Shown in pieces: positions 26,105-39,978 of a DNA stretch of 64,000 nucleotides. Source of the stretch: Syncephalis fuscata S228. Taxonomy: Eukaryota; Fungi; Zoopagomycota. The position numbers and the translations under genes are program-made. The notes beneath the pieces were generated by a model. The model was given only the letters and a program-made list of their open reading frames with translations. It was not told the origin of the DNA and ran no database searches. Numbering within the stretch: the first letter of the stretch is position 1; each line of letters starts with the position of its first letter. The DNA is taken from the NCBI GenBank assembly GCA_025786725.1, contig JAHLTZ010000060.1, forward strand, positions 12,523-76,522, read 5' to 3'.

Positions 26105-26650
26105 AATTTATTAATAATAAAACTAGAACCAAAAGAACAACTGCAATAGTTAGCGCATATTTACTAGACAATAAAATAACATACGATATAAAAAATATAC
26201 GGTGTGAAATGACAATTAGCTATATCAAATTATTGAGTATATCTGCATGATCAATGAGCGGAATTAGTCGACATTTGTTAATAATAGAGCTAAAACAAAC
26301 GCAAAAATAGTTTTGGATAGAAGAAGACTAGGCAAGTATAGAATGATAAATAAATGATAAATGTACAGTAAGAAAGCATATAAAACGATGCCAAAGCTAT
26401 AGAGCATATAATACAATGAGTGAACTGAGTGGAGTATATTGCAGCGTATAAAAAATAAAATGTGTCTAGTGTATCGTAGAATGATACATAGTAGTGTGGG
26501 ACAGAATGGGAATGATATAGGTAAACGGTGGATATATGCGTACTGGATAACGAATTTATGATGACGAGTATTTGATGACTGATGTCACTCACCACCCATC
26601 ATCATGTTCAATAGACTGGATGTTATTAAATATTAGTCATTTGTCCTCCA
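26105..26650 (+). repeat. Dispersed ~500-bp non-coding repeat, copy 1
   Basis: Reverse complement of ~51565-52072, with shared GAGTATATCTGCATGATCAATGAGCGGAATTAGTCGACATTTGTT and TTTTGGATAGAAGAAGACTAGGCAAGTATAGAATGA. Confidence 0.9.
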
Positions 26651-26828
26651 AAAAAGCAATGTGTGGTGATGTGACGATTAAATAAAACTCACCACTTGTC
26701 CCCATGTTCAATAGATTGAATGTGCAGTGCAATTGCGCGAATGTTATTAAATTTAGTCATTTGACACTGAATCGCATTAAATAATTAATAAAAAACAATT
26801 TATTTAGTGCACAAAACTAAATACATGT

Positions 26829-29501
26829 TTAAAAATCATCGTCTAATATTGATGTTAGTTATTATAATGTATTGTTAGTATGTACTTACCAAGTTTGTTG
26901 CGCTTGCTTTCTTCAGCTTCATTCTCTGAAGCATGAGAAAGCTGGCGCTTCTCGACCTTGGAAGAAGAAAAAGGTTCAACCAAATTTGCTGCTTCTTGTA
27001 CATTCTGTACCAGCTCTTCCGCTTCTTCTTCCACTTTTGCTTCTTCATTCTGATCATCTTCTTGTTGAACTGGCTCATCTTCTGTGCCAGTTGCTTGTTT
27101 TTGAGCCACTTCTTCTGGCTCTTCCTTGTCCGTGTCTTGGATTGGTTGAGCGCTGTCCTTTAGTTTGGTTAGTTCAGTTTGCTCGGTTTCTTCGTCTTCT
27201 TCCAGGTCCTTTAGTTCTTCCAATAGCTGAGGGTCGCGATACCGCTCAACCAGCGTTTTGAATGGCTCGCTGAGCCATGAATTCTTTAGCGCCATTCCAG
27301 CCGTGTATCTGGCCGATGGGCTTGAATTCAACAAAGCAGCTATAAATCCTATAGCTGCAATTGTATTAATAAATTGTATAAATCTAAACCATATTACTTA
27401 CCTTGATCTGTAACAGTCTTCCACACTTCGCCGCTGAACTGAGGCTCATCATTTATCATCTTGCGTACAAGAAAGTGAATATCCGTAAATCCCTCAAACG
27501 GATGCTTTTCTATTACATGTGTTAATAAAAACATAATAATCTAGTCTGTTAGAACTTACTTGAGAATAAAGAATATATTGTTACGCCCAGACTCCATGCA
27601 TCAACCTCTTTGCCATATCCATCAACAGCATGGTCAGAGACATCAAATGTGTTGACGACTTAGATTCGCAGCTGCTTGTTCGATAATAGCACGCCCTCCC
27701 TTGCTTCCCAAAAAGACCTCAGGCGCCATAAAAATTGGCGTACCACGGTAATCGTCTGCAAGTGCTTGGCATCTTCCAGCTGGCACGCCAGCCCAAAGTC
27801 GGAATACATCACATGCGGGTACTTGTGATGTCCGCGCAAAAGGATGTTTTTGGGCTACAGCAACATTAGTTGATTATATTGCATTGCCAATTGTTACTTA
27901 CTTTAATGTCTAATGTTTGATGGTGAAATCACATACAATTACCAAATGTTGCTAATAAATAACCATTACACTTACCCCGATGAATAATGTTATTTTTATG
28001 CAGGTACTAATTGATCTGTGTTAGTAAATATCAATGGTATAATTATTACTCACCTTCAATCCACGCATTAGTTGGTGCACAATATACTGTGCTGCAGGCT
28101 CTGGCAGGGGGTGGTGCAGCTTTAGATAGTTTTTTAAATCACCACCCTCTGCCATCTCGAGCACAACGTAGTTGAACTTTGCTGTAGCCATAAAATCCAA
28201 CATTTTAACCATAAACGGATTATCGAGCTCGTGAAGTATCTGAATTTCAGATACGAATGTTATAACAGCTAAATCTGCCTCCTCTTGAGTTTTTTCCAGT
28301 CCATTGCTGGACTTTTTTATGGCGACGCGTTCGCCTGTGGCATTAATCTCTGCTACATATACTTTGCCAAAGGTTCCACTAGTAAATATTAATAGTTAAT
28401 ATATTGCAATAATAATTATTGCTACACTCACGACCCAAGTATGGCCTTGCTGATGGTATATTTTTTTCCAACAGCCTATACGTTATTGTGTTAAATTATT
28501 TTAATATCATATGTTAATTAAACCTACCATTTTATAATCTGGGCTGTTGTCGGGTACAATGTGGTCTGTGAGTTCCAGATTATATACGCGAAAGGTTACT
28601 AATAATTGATTATTAATTATAATAATTATAACTATTTCATAACCTACTTTCACAGCCAGGAATACTGATAAACCCGCCATTCAAAAAAATGATTCTTTTC
28701 GTATCTTCTGCATTTTTACCATTGACTGTACAGCATGTCAGTGTATAATTAAGGGATATTTTTATAATTACCAGTTAATGCAACGCCACTAATGTTCTAA
28801 ATAAAATTTAGTTATAAATGGAAATAGAAATAATATACTTACATGGAACATAATCAAGTTCCCTTCCTATATCAACCCGTAGTAATTAGTACAAGTTATT
28901 AAACGTTGATATGGCAATTACCATAAATATACGAAAGGACTGTTTTGGCGCAACTGCTTCTTGAATAACATAATCACTATATTAATAAAGTCATCATTAC
29001 ATAGTTGTTAGTAAAAGTCATTTTACCTCAAATAGTAGTTAATTCAATACTTACCACTCGACGCCACTTCCAAAGATAAAAGTTTGCCCAACTCTTATCA
29101 ATATCTCTATAATATTGATCAGCCAATTACACCACAGTTATTTATAAACTTTTACTTACCTGTGCGTTCCAAGTCGAACACTTCTATCCATCCAGCTACA
29201 TCACGCATCTCAACATGAGGCAGGCTGTCCCATAGCATGGGCGTCTTTTTGAGGAAGCAGGTGTTTATACTGTCGTCATCAGATGGTTTAAGTGGTGCAT
29301 TGGCTGCAGTAGAAGCAGTAGATATAGTAAGGCAGGAGGGACGGGGGAGGCGGATGGGCCAGCAACTGATGTATTAACAGCATCTGGTACGTGGCTAGAA
29401 TGTGATAGCGACTTAAGCGGAGTGTCGTTAGATGCCAACGACGCGGCATGATAAGATGGCTCAGCATTGCCATATGAGGTGGAGTTGTTTGAAGACGACA
29501 T
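26829..29501 (-). CDS. Ser/Thr kinase with a divergent FHA-like N-terminal region (Chk2/Rad53/Mek1-like architecture) and acidic tail; many small exons
   Basis: Motifs ILGSGTFGKVY, VAIK, VVLEMAEGGDL, IIHRDIKPKNIL (via the 8-nt exon 27909-27902), SDFGLA and VDAWSLGV. Apparent frameshifts at ~29330 and ~27745. Confidence 0.82.
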
Positions 29502-32500
29502 GTTTACAATAAACTTGGCAAGCAAAGTACGTGTTCCGACAAAAATAAAGCTCAAATAAAGATAGATAACAAAGGTGGCAGCGCGTCACTTTTATTTAGC
29601 TAGCTATATGCCAGCACCGGCATGCAAGGTGGCAGCTGAACCAATGACGCACGAACAACGTCGATAATGGAACATTGATTCAAAGTGCACAAAATACCAA
29701 TTGCAGTCATGATTATGCGACATTCTGCAGCGAATAGTCTATTTTAAATTTGCTAGTAAAGTGTTTTAAATACATTAACTGTGCAATGCTTATTACAACA
29801 GTCGATGTTAATTTAAACCAACCAGTTTGTTATACATACATAACAATATTCATTTCCAATAAGCATTTCATATCATGTAAATTAATGAGCCTATTTATTA
29901 CTAATGTGTAATATTGATGCATACTCAAACAATACAATCAAATGCAATATGAATGAAAAATAGAATATTTATTAATATACAGCTACTCTAATTATGCTGA
30001 TCAAGTATAGGCTATAAGAATTGAATGTATTATTTTATTGCACTCTTGTAATAGGCAGCAGCAATTTGACAATAATATACAACACCGAGCCACTCTGGTA
30101 ATTAAATAATAAGTAAATGTGGTATATTAAATAAAAATAGTAACGGCTTGAATGACTAAAAATACAAACGACGGCACTCCATAAAGCTGGCATTTGCTAC
30201 TTGGACGATCCTCTTGTACGGCACCAGGTGTCCTTGAAACTATGTGCAGTTGTATCCATGATCTTAATCTAATAATTTCCCGTTAATATTATAATTAATA
30301 ATTATAAATTGCTATGTACCTGTCGTATAATTACAACATATGTATATTAATTAATGTTCTAAATTATATAATCTAAATGGTTATCTTATAATCTAATATT
30401 TATAATTGTTAAAAGCCCCGATGCAGCATGTAACAAACGACAGTATAGAAGCATTCAGCCCAGCACAAAGCAATTACTCCAGATATTTGAGTAGCACCTT
30501 TAATGACATAGTGGATGTCACAACATATGCCTACATCTAAATAAAGACAACACCAAATATATGAAGCTCCCACTTTGCCGTCATCGCTACATACCGCTTT
30601 ACAACAGTGTTATATTAATGCACTTAACCATACATGCACACATAATACCGTAATAAAGCAGTGTACAATATGTAGCAATCGTTAAAATAGCGCAAAGAGT
30701 TGTTTCGTATTGCACTGAATTTCCAGATGATGCTCGAATGCAATAAAAACAGCCGACACACTGAATTCACGATGTGACTCAAATGCAGATACAAAACAAT
30801 CGTTGCACTATATAGAACATCTAAGCTGCGCTCCACCCATCCTGTTTGCAGACAGTGTGATATTATGCTATAATACCACACAATCGCATAGCTGCAATTA
30901 TTACGTAGCCCACGCCAATTTTGTATGGATAGGTCCATAGTTGAGCTGAAGAAGCTATCTTGATAGTGCCAATAATATTATGATATTGGCAACATGTAAG
31001 AGATAATCCTTCAAAGCAACCCATACGCAAGCTGCAAGCTAGCAGTGAACTGCCAACAAACAGTATGCTACACACTACATCGGGGCAAGTGCCTTCATCG
31101 TCCATATTCTGTGACATAGCAACAATGGCTGTATATCCATTATACTAGTCCCACACACCAGTGCACCACTAAAATAACACCGTAAAAGTAGCGGCCAACT
31201 ACACCATTCAAGCGACCCTCCACTTGGCAGAACTTCTCACTGAGTCCTATTTAGACCACCACAGCACCCACTGCAAACAGTTGCACTATCGCAGCAGCTA
31301 GCTTAGTGGTGTTATACCAACTGGATAGCCCTTTGAATATTTGTACTGGGCACTACTATTACAACAGTTGCTTTAGTGGCGTCCGTCAACAAGTGTGCCG
31401 TCCTTCTGTCACAGCTTGTAACAAATGAGCAGACAAACAAGCATTGCACAACACAACACAGTGTAATATCGATAGCTTTAAAGTGCGTATCTAGTACACA
31501 ACTCGTCCAGCTAGCCTAATAATAATATGTGTATTCGTGTGTGCCACAAGCAGACGTTTTAGCGTGCACTACAGCATAGCTCGCTGCAATTGTAAGTTGC
31601 AAAAGCAATTCACGTATTCTTGTAGCAAAAATACATAGTGGTAGTAGTGGAATAGGAGAAGAGTGGTGAAGAAAGTGGGCAGCATAGGCGACATTCGTGT
31701 TAAGCAGTTGGTGAAACTGAGATTGCATAGTTTATATATAGCGACCAATAACAGCATGTGTAGCTACAGCAATGGATTCAGATAGTGGTATATTGCTATA
31801 TTAATATCTGCAATTACTTTATTAATTTGTTAAATGTAATAGAACAGCAATTATATTTTATTCCTTATTATTTAGTATTTTTGTTTAATAAAATATTGTT
31901 ACAAAATCAGATATTTGGTATTGTATGGCGAGCTAAGCAAGCAAATGGCGAATTAATGAAAAGGACCCTGATAGGAAAAACCTTAATTAGAGTACAACGA
32001 AGTTTAAACTGAACTTTGTTGAATCGTGTAATCTGATTAAGGAATGACAATATGATGAGCAACACTAATATGATAAAACTATATAATTACAATTATACCC
32101 TGATGCCACCATATTATTATTTTGTGTGTATATATAAATAAAATTTATTTTTACAAACAAATCATTATTTTGTATTTAAAACCTACTGCTTAAAAAAGTT
32201 TTTATATTGTGATACAGTCATCATCAAATATTTGGCTCGATTGAAATTGTACTTTTGAAGCACTAATATTTTATTTTCTGTTACTACTGAAAATACAGTT
32301 GTAAGATATAATTTATTTTTTACATTGTAAAACCATGATCTTGCCAATAAAAAGTATTTTAACCAATGTAATGACTGTCGTATACAGTGTACTGTTTACA
32401 TTGTTGCTCTTCTTTAACCATAAAGCAGTACGTGGTGCATCTAATGCAGTTTTAAAGGTAAATGCCGCAATTATGATTAAATAATATTTATTTAGCTTTC

Positions 32501-32653
32501 AAATGTACTTGCTTAGTAGCAATTGTATATTGTTTGTTGATTATCGACGAATATAAGTTTGTAATAAAATAGTAGTACGCAAATTTGTATTAGCGATTAT
32601 AACAAAATAGTGTATTATAATTTAGCATTTGTAATATATAAAATAAGGTGTGT

Positions 32654-34528
32654 TTAAACAACCCTTTCATTTTGAAAAGAAGCATTCAGTGCCATTTTTC
32701 TTGAGAACATGCTGTTTTTCGATCCGCAGAGTTCCGTACTAACTGAAATTTTTGTATTTTGTATTCCTCGAGAATTGCCTCCACGAGTAGAGCTTTTTGA
32801 ATGAGTTTGAAAAATAAATAGTATTGCTATGAAGCGTATTGTATAGGATGTATTGGAGAGAACTTTTAAAACAAGTTCGTAATACACATCACGTGTCGCC
32901 ATATTAGATAGTTCCATGATGTTGGAAGCAAAGACAAGTACATAACCAAATAGACAGATGGCACATATACGAGTTACCTTGAATAGCAATGTTAATATTA
33001 TTTCCAAATAGCTAAAATAAGTATACTTACCAGTGATAGCGCACGTTCTGTGCTTTTACTTAAAGCACATTTGACTTTTGCGGACCAGAAGTTAATACCT
33101 ATGTTGTAAAGCGTAAGATAGAACATTGAAATGGTTATGCAGCTTACCATATAACACAAATGTAGCCATAACAATAATTTGAAATAGTAAAGAAAAGCCT
33201 ATTTGTAAATATACTATATAGATTAGAATTTCTGATTCAATAAAAAAGTGAAAAGAAAATTTTAAAACAAAAGCAACTAAATAGGCAACTATAGCTGATA
33301 TGATTAAACATCTAAATAGCTTGATCAATCTACTGTTGCCAATACCAGCTAGTATGGAATTCCTGTATAGTTATATAAAGCTTGCATTAGCATATTGCCA
33401 TATAGCTCGTATATACAAAAAGACCTACCAAAACCACAGTAATAGACAGAACGCTACTGTTAAAAAGGCTGTCATAACAAACTGTAAATGCGAGTGTAGA
33501 GTTGTAGTTGGATTCACTAGTAAACTGATGCACCAAACTAGTTATATATATATTGATGGTTAGAAACTACAATTTTTAATGATCTCTAGTGTAGTGACCT
33601 ACTAATGCTGGCTATTGTCACGAATGTAAAAATTGCTGAACGAATTAATTTTGGGTACTGGCGTTCGATTAGCATTTGTCCCAAATTAATAAATCCACGT
33701 AAAAGGGTGATAATCTCTAGAATGATCATCAAGTAAATGTAGGCTTGGTATTTTTTGGAAAGAAACACATCGTTCCATTTACCAGCCTCTATTAATTTAA
33801 TAATAATGTAAGCAGCTCTTTCACCGAATTACTATTTCCAGTCTAAAAAGTACCTACCTTGCTGAACTTTAGTAAGGACTCTTATATCTGTGCGCCTTTT
33901 TATGGCTGCCACATAATCAAAGCCTTGTATTAATGCCATATTCATGATCGGTTTGCCCTCAATTTTTTCCGAGTTGTAATCTTTATAGAATACCACATTT
34001 TGTGTAACAGTTTTGTATCCTGGACGCATACCCAGAATATAAAGAACAGCTTTAAAAGTTGGCTGCTTATCCTTTTCTAGTTGCTTATTAAGTTCATAAG
34101 CAGCTGCGGCTACCTATAAATATAAATACATATATCCTTGTTAGCATTTTGAATTTAAATATTTAACATCATATTTTCAAGCACACATTACATACCCGAG
34201 CCACAGAATAACACTTTGCATTAAGAGCGCTATTTTCTGCAATAAACAGGACAATTCTATCTTGAGCTCCTTTTAATGGAGGGCTTCTAACGGCAGCAAG
34301 ATCGGCTTTTGGATATTTCAGTCGGCAAGTGACGTTACTTTCGAATTCAGCGCCAACCAACTCGCCAGTAGTGATGTACGGAGAGACCGATATCATAAAT
34401 GGATCTTCTGTATGAATTTTATAAATTTCATTATCTATTTTAAATGTAACGAGGGCAAACACTGATAGTATATTTTGTAAAAGAAGAAAGACTAGACCAG
34501 TAGCGAGAAACGTTAGTCGCCAGACCAT
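32654..34528 (-). CDS. Signal peptide + extracellular domain + multi-TM membrane protein (receptor-like), multi-exon
   Basis: N-terminal hydrophobic leader, then a Cys-containing soluble region, several hydrophobic helices over successive exons, and a Ser/basic C-tail. Confidence 0.7.
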
Positions 34529-35417
34529 GATGAATATGGAGTAGGAAAATAGTGTAGATAAGATGGAAACAAAAAAGATAAAAAGTAGCCAATAATTATT
34601 TATGAAAATGGCTTGCTAGAACCAATGTCCTTAGTTAAATAGTCTGTGCCTTAGCCAAAAATGCTAATGTTATTAAAAAGTGCTGTTTTTACTTATGGTT
34701 ACCCTGGGACTGGACAGGCCCATTGTACTTCAAAACCGGTTGGTTTTGATTAACCTCCAATCAAGTAGAGATTTCAGGCACAAGCTTGAATTTAGCACAT
34801 GTCTACAAAATACATATGCAGCTTTATTTCTGTATAGAACGAAAGCTAATCTTTAAAATTATTGCTATTTTATTTAAATAACGATATTACATAGTAGTTT
34901 CAACTCTAAAATACGGTTTAGTATCGACATGACTTTGCTAGTTAATCCAAAACATTTGTTGATCGTATAAACATAGTACAGCTATATTTTGGTGTAGCCT
35001 TGTGTATTAAAATAGTGGCGAGCAGAGGCGAGAAAGTAAAAACCAATAAGATAAATACAGTAATCTATGTTTAAAATGCTAGAGGCATAATTTAAATAAC
35101 CAAGCTATCAATTTAACAATAGCCTAATCCAAGGCCTTACTGCTTAAACATTTATCCACGCACTAGTGGTAAATCTACATGGCTGCTCTTCCTAAATATT
35201 GTACCTTAACACTATACATATCAAATCTTACGATACACTATAATAGGAATTAGTTAAAGGAATCATATACGCGTATAGCACTATAGTGACTCACAATGCT
35301 GCATATCATTTCCAATAATCGCAGCTTTATTCAGTATATATCAATATATCTATGCATAATAAACAACAAAGGATAAATATAAAGTGGCACTTTTCACCTT
35401 CGCTTCCCCTCTCTCTT

Positions 35418-38400
35418 TTACAATGTAAGCTGTTCGACTGGTGGCAATTTATGCAACGATGTAATGTGATTAATCATCGGGGACTGGTGGGGTGTTGCCA
35501 CAGCCGCTTGTTGCTGAAATCCTTTTGTTTTATCGATGGTGGTCGCCATACATTGAGGACATCGCATTTGTTTATTCAGTTGAATGCCAAGCATGGCATC
35601 GGCTTTCCGGCTTACACTGCCATCGGGCATTGATAGTTGCTGATCCGCTAAAAACAAGTCACCATCAAATAGGCAGAACTCGTGGAAAGCATGTCCACAA
35701 AAGAACAGTACATTGACCACCGATGCTAGGGGAATAGTCAGTTTAAAAAAGCAAAAAAATGTCTAAATGTTTCCACTTACTGTCAAATAAAAGAGGCCCT
35801 TCACACAAATGACATATCATATTCTCCGCTATATCATCGATTAACAAACAATTAGTGATCACGTGTATTGTAGTGTGTCGAGTAACTTACGTGAGCAGCT
35901 ATAGCCGCGTCGTTGTGCCGATAATTGCTGATAGCCCAAATCAGAAATATGCGCGGTCAATATTTTATTACAGTCATTTTGCAACGACAACTAAATGTAA
36001 TCCGCAAATTATCGGTTTGAATAAGTATTATTGTGTTTTTAGCCAAACCTATCTTTTACCTACCTGTAATGCATAGTCTTGTAGTATTTTTGATATACCT
36101 TGTTTTAAACCAGGTATTTCGAGTTGTTTAGGTATCAATTCAACCAATCTTACTGGATCTACATGGGATCCCACTCCCTCAAGCAAGCTCTTAATAAATA
36201 CTATACAAATATAAATGATCAGTTACTATTATTATCATTATTATATTACTATTAAATAAAATCTTACCTGGCTTATCCTTTGAATATGTCAATAAATTAT
36301 CCCATAATTGGGCATCATTTTGTTCTTTGGCAAATTCAACTGCCTAATTGTTGTTAATCAATGTCATTCTACTAATAACTAATGATATAGTTACTATTGC
36401 TATTTACCTGATGTACATCATCGAGTCGTTCAATAATCAGCCATAAGGCCTTGTGGCTATTACCCATACGTCCTAGTAAATAAACCATTTCTGGTATAAA
36501 ATCTCGTTCGTAACAAATGTTATAGGCCTAGATGTTTATAAGTCATATGCTACATAGCCTATTATTAGTATCTTGCTTACCTCTTCCAGTGAATAAGTAT
36601 TACATGTTCGCATAAATGCTAGTAGTTTATGTGGTGCATACTCGGCATATAATTCAATCTATATTAACTGGTTAATATACTACAATTACTATTTATTACA
36701 CTACCTGTAAATTATGATATTCATAGCCAATACTTGGATCATATTCAAATAGGGCATCTAGATAGATGAAGAGTAGCTTGCGATCCTTGGCTAATTGCTC
36801 CACGACTCGTCCCACCTATAAATCATATTAATCATCAATATATGTATATATAGCCTTGTTTCAAATCTATGCCTTACTGGTATAGCATCGGTATTAGTGA
36901 CTAGCAACTTAACAGATGCATTAAATGTTGCCGATTCCAATAATGCCGAATCATCTGATGTCGATGTCGTCTGCTGTTGTTGACTGAATTGCATAAGTAA
37001 CAGTACTTTATCTTGTACTTCTGCAAACAAATTATGATTACGAATTAATTCAATAGTATCCGGTCGATGAAGTCGTAAATAATACTCAAGGGCCTTTTCC
37101 GGTCGATGTTCTGTTACATATCTATAGTACAAGAGGTAAATAAAACTATCAATATACACACCACCTAACTTACAATAGAGCAAGACACTCCATCAATGCC
37201 ACATCATCTGGTGTTGATTGAATAACATCTTCAATAGCCACTACCACACTATGTATATCATATAATTGACTTGGCCATTGTTGTAGTGTCATCCATAGTT
37301 GCTAATCAGCGTTAATATCTACCATCAATAACAATAACATCGTCTATCACTCACTTCATGATCAACATTTAGAAAGTGTACCAAGGCCATTTCATACACT
37401 GTATTACTTAGTTGTGTATCTTTAGTTGGTAGATACGGAATAATAATCTGATAACACATATTAATAACTGTATAGTAATCACTCGTTAACACTTACCTTC
37501 AATTGTCCCACTGAAGCAAAAGCAAACACCCATTGTTCCCAGAGCAGTGTATTATTTCTCATTATAGTGGGACACCATTTAGCCGCAGTCGTATAAGCCT
37601 CTGTACATACTAATTAATAACTAGTAGATACAACCTATGAATACGCTCATTACCTTGTTCAAATAGTGTTTCTAAATACGCTTGACCAATAGTTCTACTG
37701 AATGTTCCGGTGACAATCCCGTCATGCCTTCTTGTTCCTCGGTTGATTGGGCACAAGTAAGGGCATCGGCATAGCGTTCACGGGCCAGTAACCAGGCTAT
37801 ATGGTCATCCGCGGTACGTGCTTCAGCCACAATCAAATCTTTCGGACCAAGTACATAGAACAGATCACCGGTAGTTGCACAAGCTGTAATGATAACATGT
37901 TAGTATGGCAGTTAACTAATTCGATCAGTTATCTATCACCTAAACTGTAATCATTCGGCTGATAGAACTCGTAGCCTGTAATGGCCAAAGCATCAGCCGA
38001 TATTTCCTCATTATCCGCATCTAATATTCTTAATTCGGGCAACGATCCCGTCTATACAAATCATCGTTTTATATTAATATGCTGCTATGTACTATTCTTT
38101 ATTAATAACCTACTTTACGCTTTTGTCGTTCTAAATCAAGTGTCTCTTCATCAGTGTCCAATTGGTCAAATGTATAGGCAAGCACAAGAATCATATCACC
38201 ATAGGGAACAATACCCGATACAATATAATCTGTCGATATACTAAAATATAGCAATTAGCATTACTATAGTATACAATATATAATATAATATACTATAATA
38301 TATACAATATACTTACACGGAAATAATTTCTACATAAAGTAATGACTGATCAGATTGTGTAGGAGATCGTGTAGACCGTGATTTAACCATAGCCATCTTA

Positions 38401-39732
38401 ATACAATTGGCCCATCCAATGTATAATAAAGAGTCATTTTTCCACCGTAAATGACACTGATAAAGATCAGCCCGTGGACTGTCTAAAGGACGATCAATAA
38501 AAGTAATTCTACGACCTGTGGTCACATCATGCATTTTAACACCCTAAATAACAAATATGAATTAGTTAGTTAATTAACTAATTAATTAAATATACTATTG
38601 ATATTACCATATCATCAGCCCAAGCAATAAGATGTGTACGCCAGGTAATAGCACCGATGGGACCAGCATTTGAATGTAATGTAGTATTTTTACCACTAAA
38701 CCAACCTAGAATAAACACATATATACATATATTATGATTAATACAACTAATAGCTGGTGTATTAGTGTAGACGTACCCTTTTCATATAATACAAGCTGTT
38801 CAGCTAGACCACCTGATACAATACGCCGTGCTGTACTTCTGGCGTAGTTCGGTTCAATAGCAACACATTTAAGTGGACGCATGTAATTAAGAATAATAGG
38901 CGGTTGTTCGGCATAAAGGCTCTGTACAATAACATGTCCATCATCCGAGGCACTGGCTACATACTCGCCAGCCTGATCAATCGATAATGATTGAACAGTG
39001 GCTGCATGGGCACGGTATTTCTTCACTTCATTACCCGTAAAATCCATAATATGCACCATACCCCAATGTGTGCCAATAATCTAATTATATACCTTTTGTT
39101 AATGTTGTTATAATATTATTTGTATAAATAGATTACCATAAATTTATCTGATACTAAAATGATACTGGCAGCATCTTTTTTAAATATTTCAACTACATTA
39201 GTTGCAGTTACTCGTTGATACTTTAAATGTGGTTCCTCCTCTCTCCTCTTCTTCTTCTTCTTCTTCTTCTTCGTCATCCTCTTCTTCTGTTTCTTCACTT
39301 TCTTCTTCCTTTGAATGTACAGAAGTGGCTGTTGATGCTGGCAAGGTCACATTTATTGAGTGAGGTGAAGCATGTAAGTGACCGTCTAATAAGAGTTGTG
39401 GATTAGACGATGTCATATCTTGCTTCTTGTCTTGTAGTTCTTTAGCTTCTACTTTTTCTACTTCTTCTGTTTCCTTTGTTTCTTCTTTTACTGATTCGTT
39501 TACAGTTACTTTTTCTTTTCTTCTTCTTCATTCTTTAGTGGTTCTACAGTCTAATAAAACGTCAGGTTTACTCATCTTGTATTAGTATATTTATTACCGT
39601 ATCAGCTACAATACTGTCTACTGTCTCGATTGGTGACGACGTAGTTTCTGCATCATCGCCAAGTGGCACTGTTGCCACACTTGATGGGTCAGCATCAGCT
39701 GTTGTTATTTCCTTGTCATCAACACTTGACAT
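35418..39732 (-). CDS. VPS41: HOPS complex subunit Vps41
   Basis: Acidic N-terminus then EPHLKYQR, GTHWGMVHIMDFTGN and WD40 region, clathrin-repeat region (EMVYLLGRMG), and C-terminal RING-H2 (FFCGHAFHEFCL...CPQC). Confidence 0.92.
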
Positions 39733-39978
39733 GGCAGACTTGAATAAAAGCAATAGTAACTGTAGTAACTATAGGGTGCAGTAGTGAAGTAGTATAATAA
39801 CAGTAATAAATGATATAAACACACAAATACACAGACGCACACTATAATTACGCTTTCTATTCTATTATTGATACACACAAAACATCTCACGTCACTTGTC
39901 ACGTGATGTAACTGACTATTTATTATAAGTTATATCAATGCTGTTTATTTACTGCTTGTCATATGTTGACAGTGCTAG

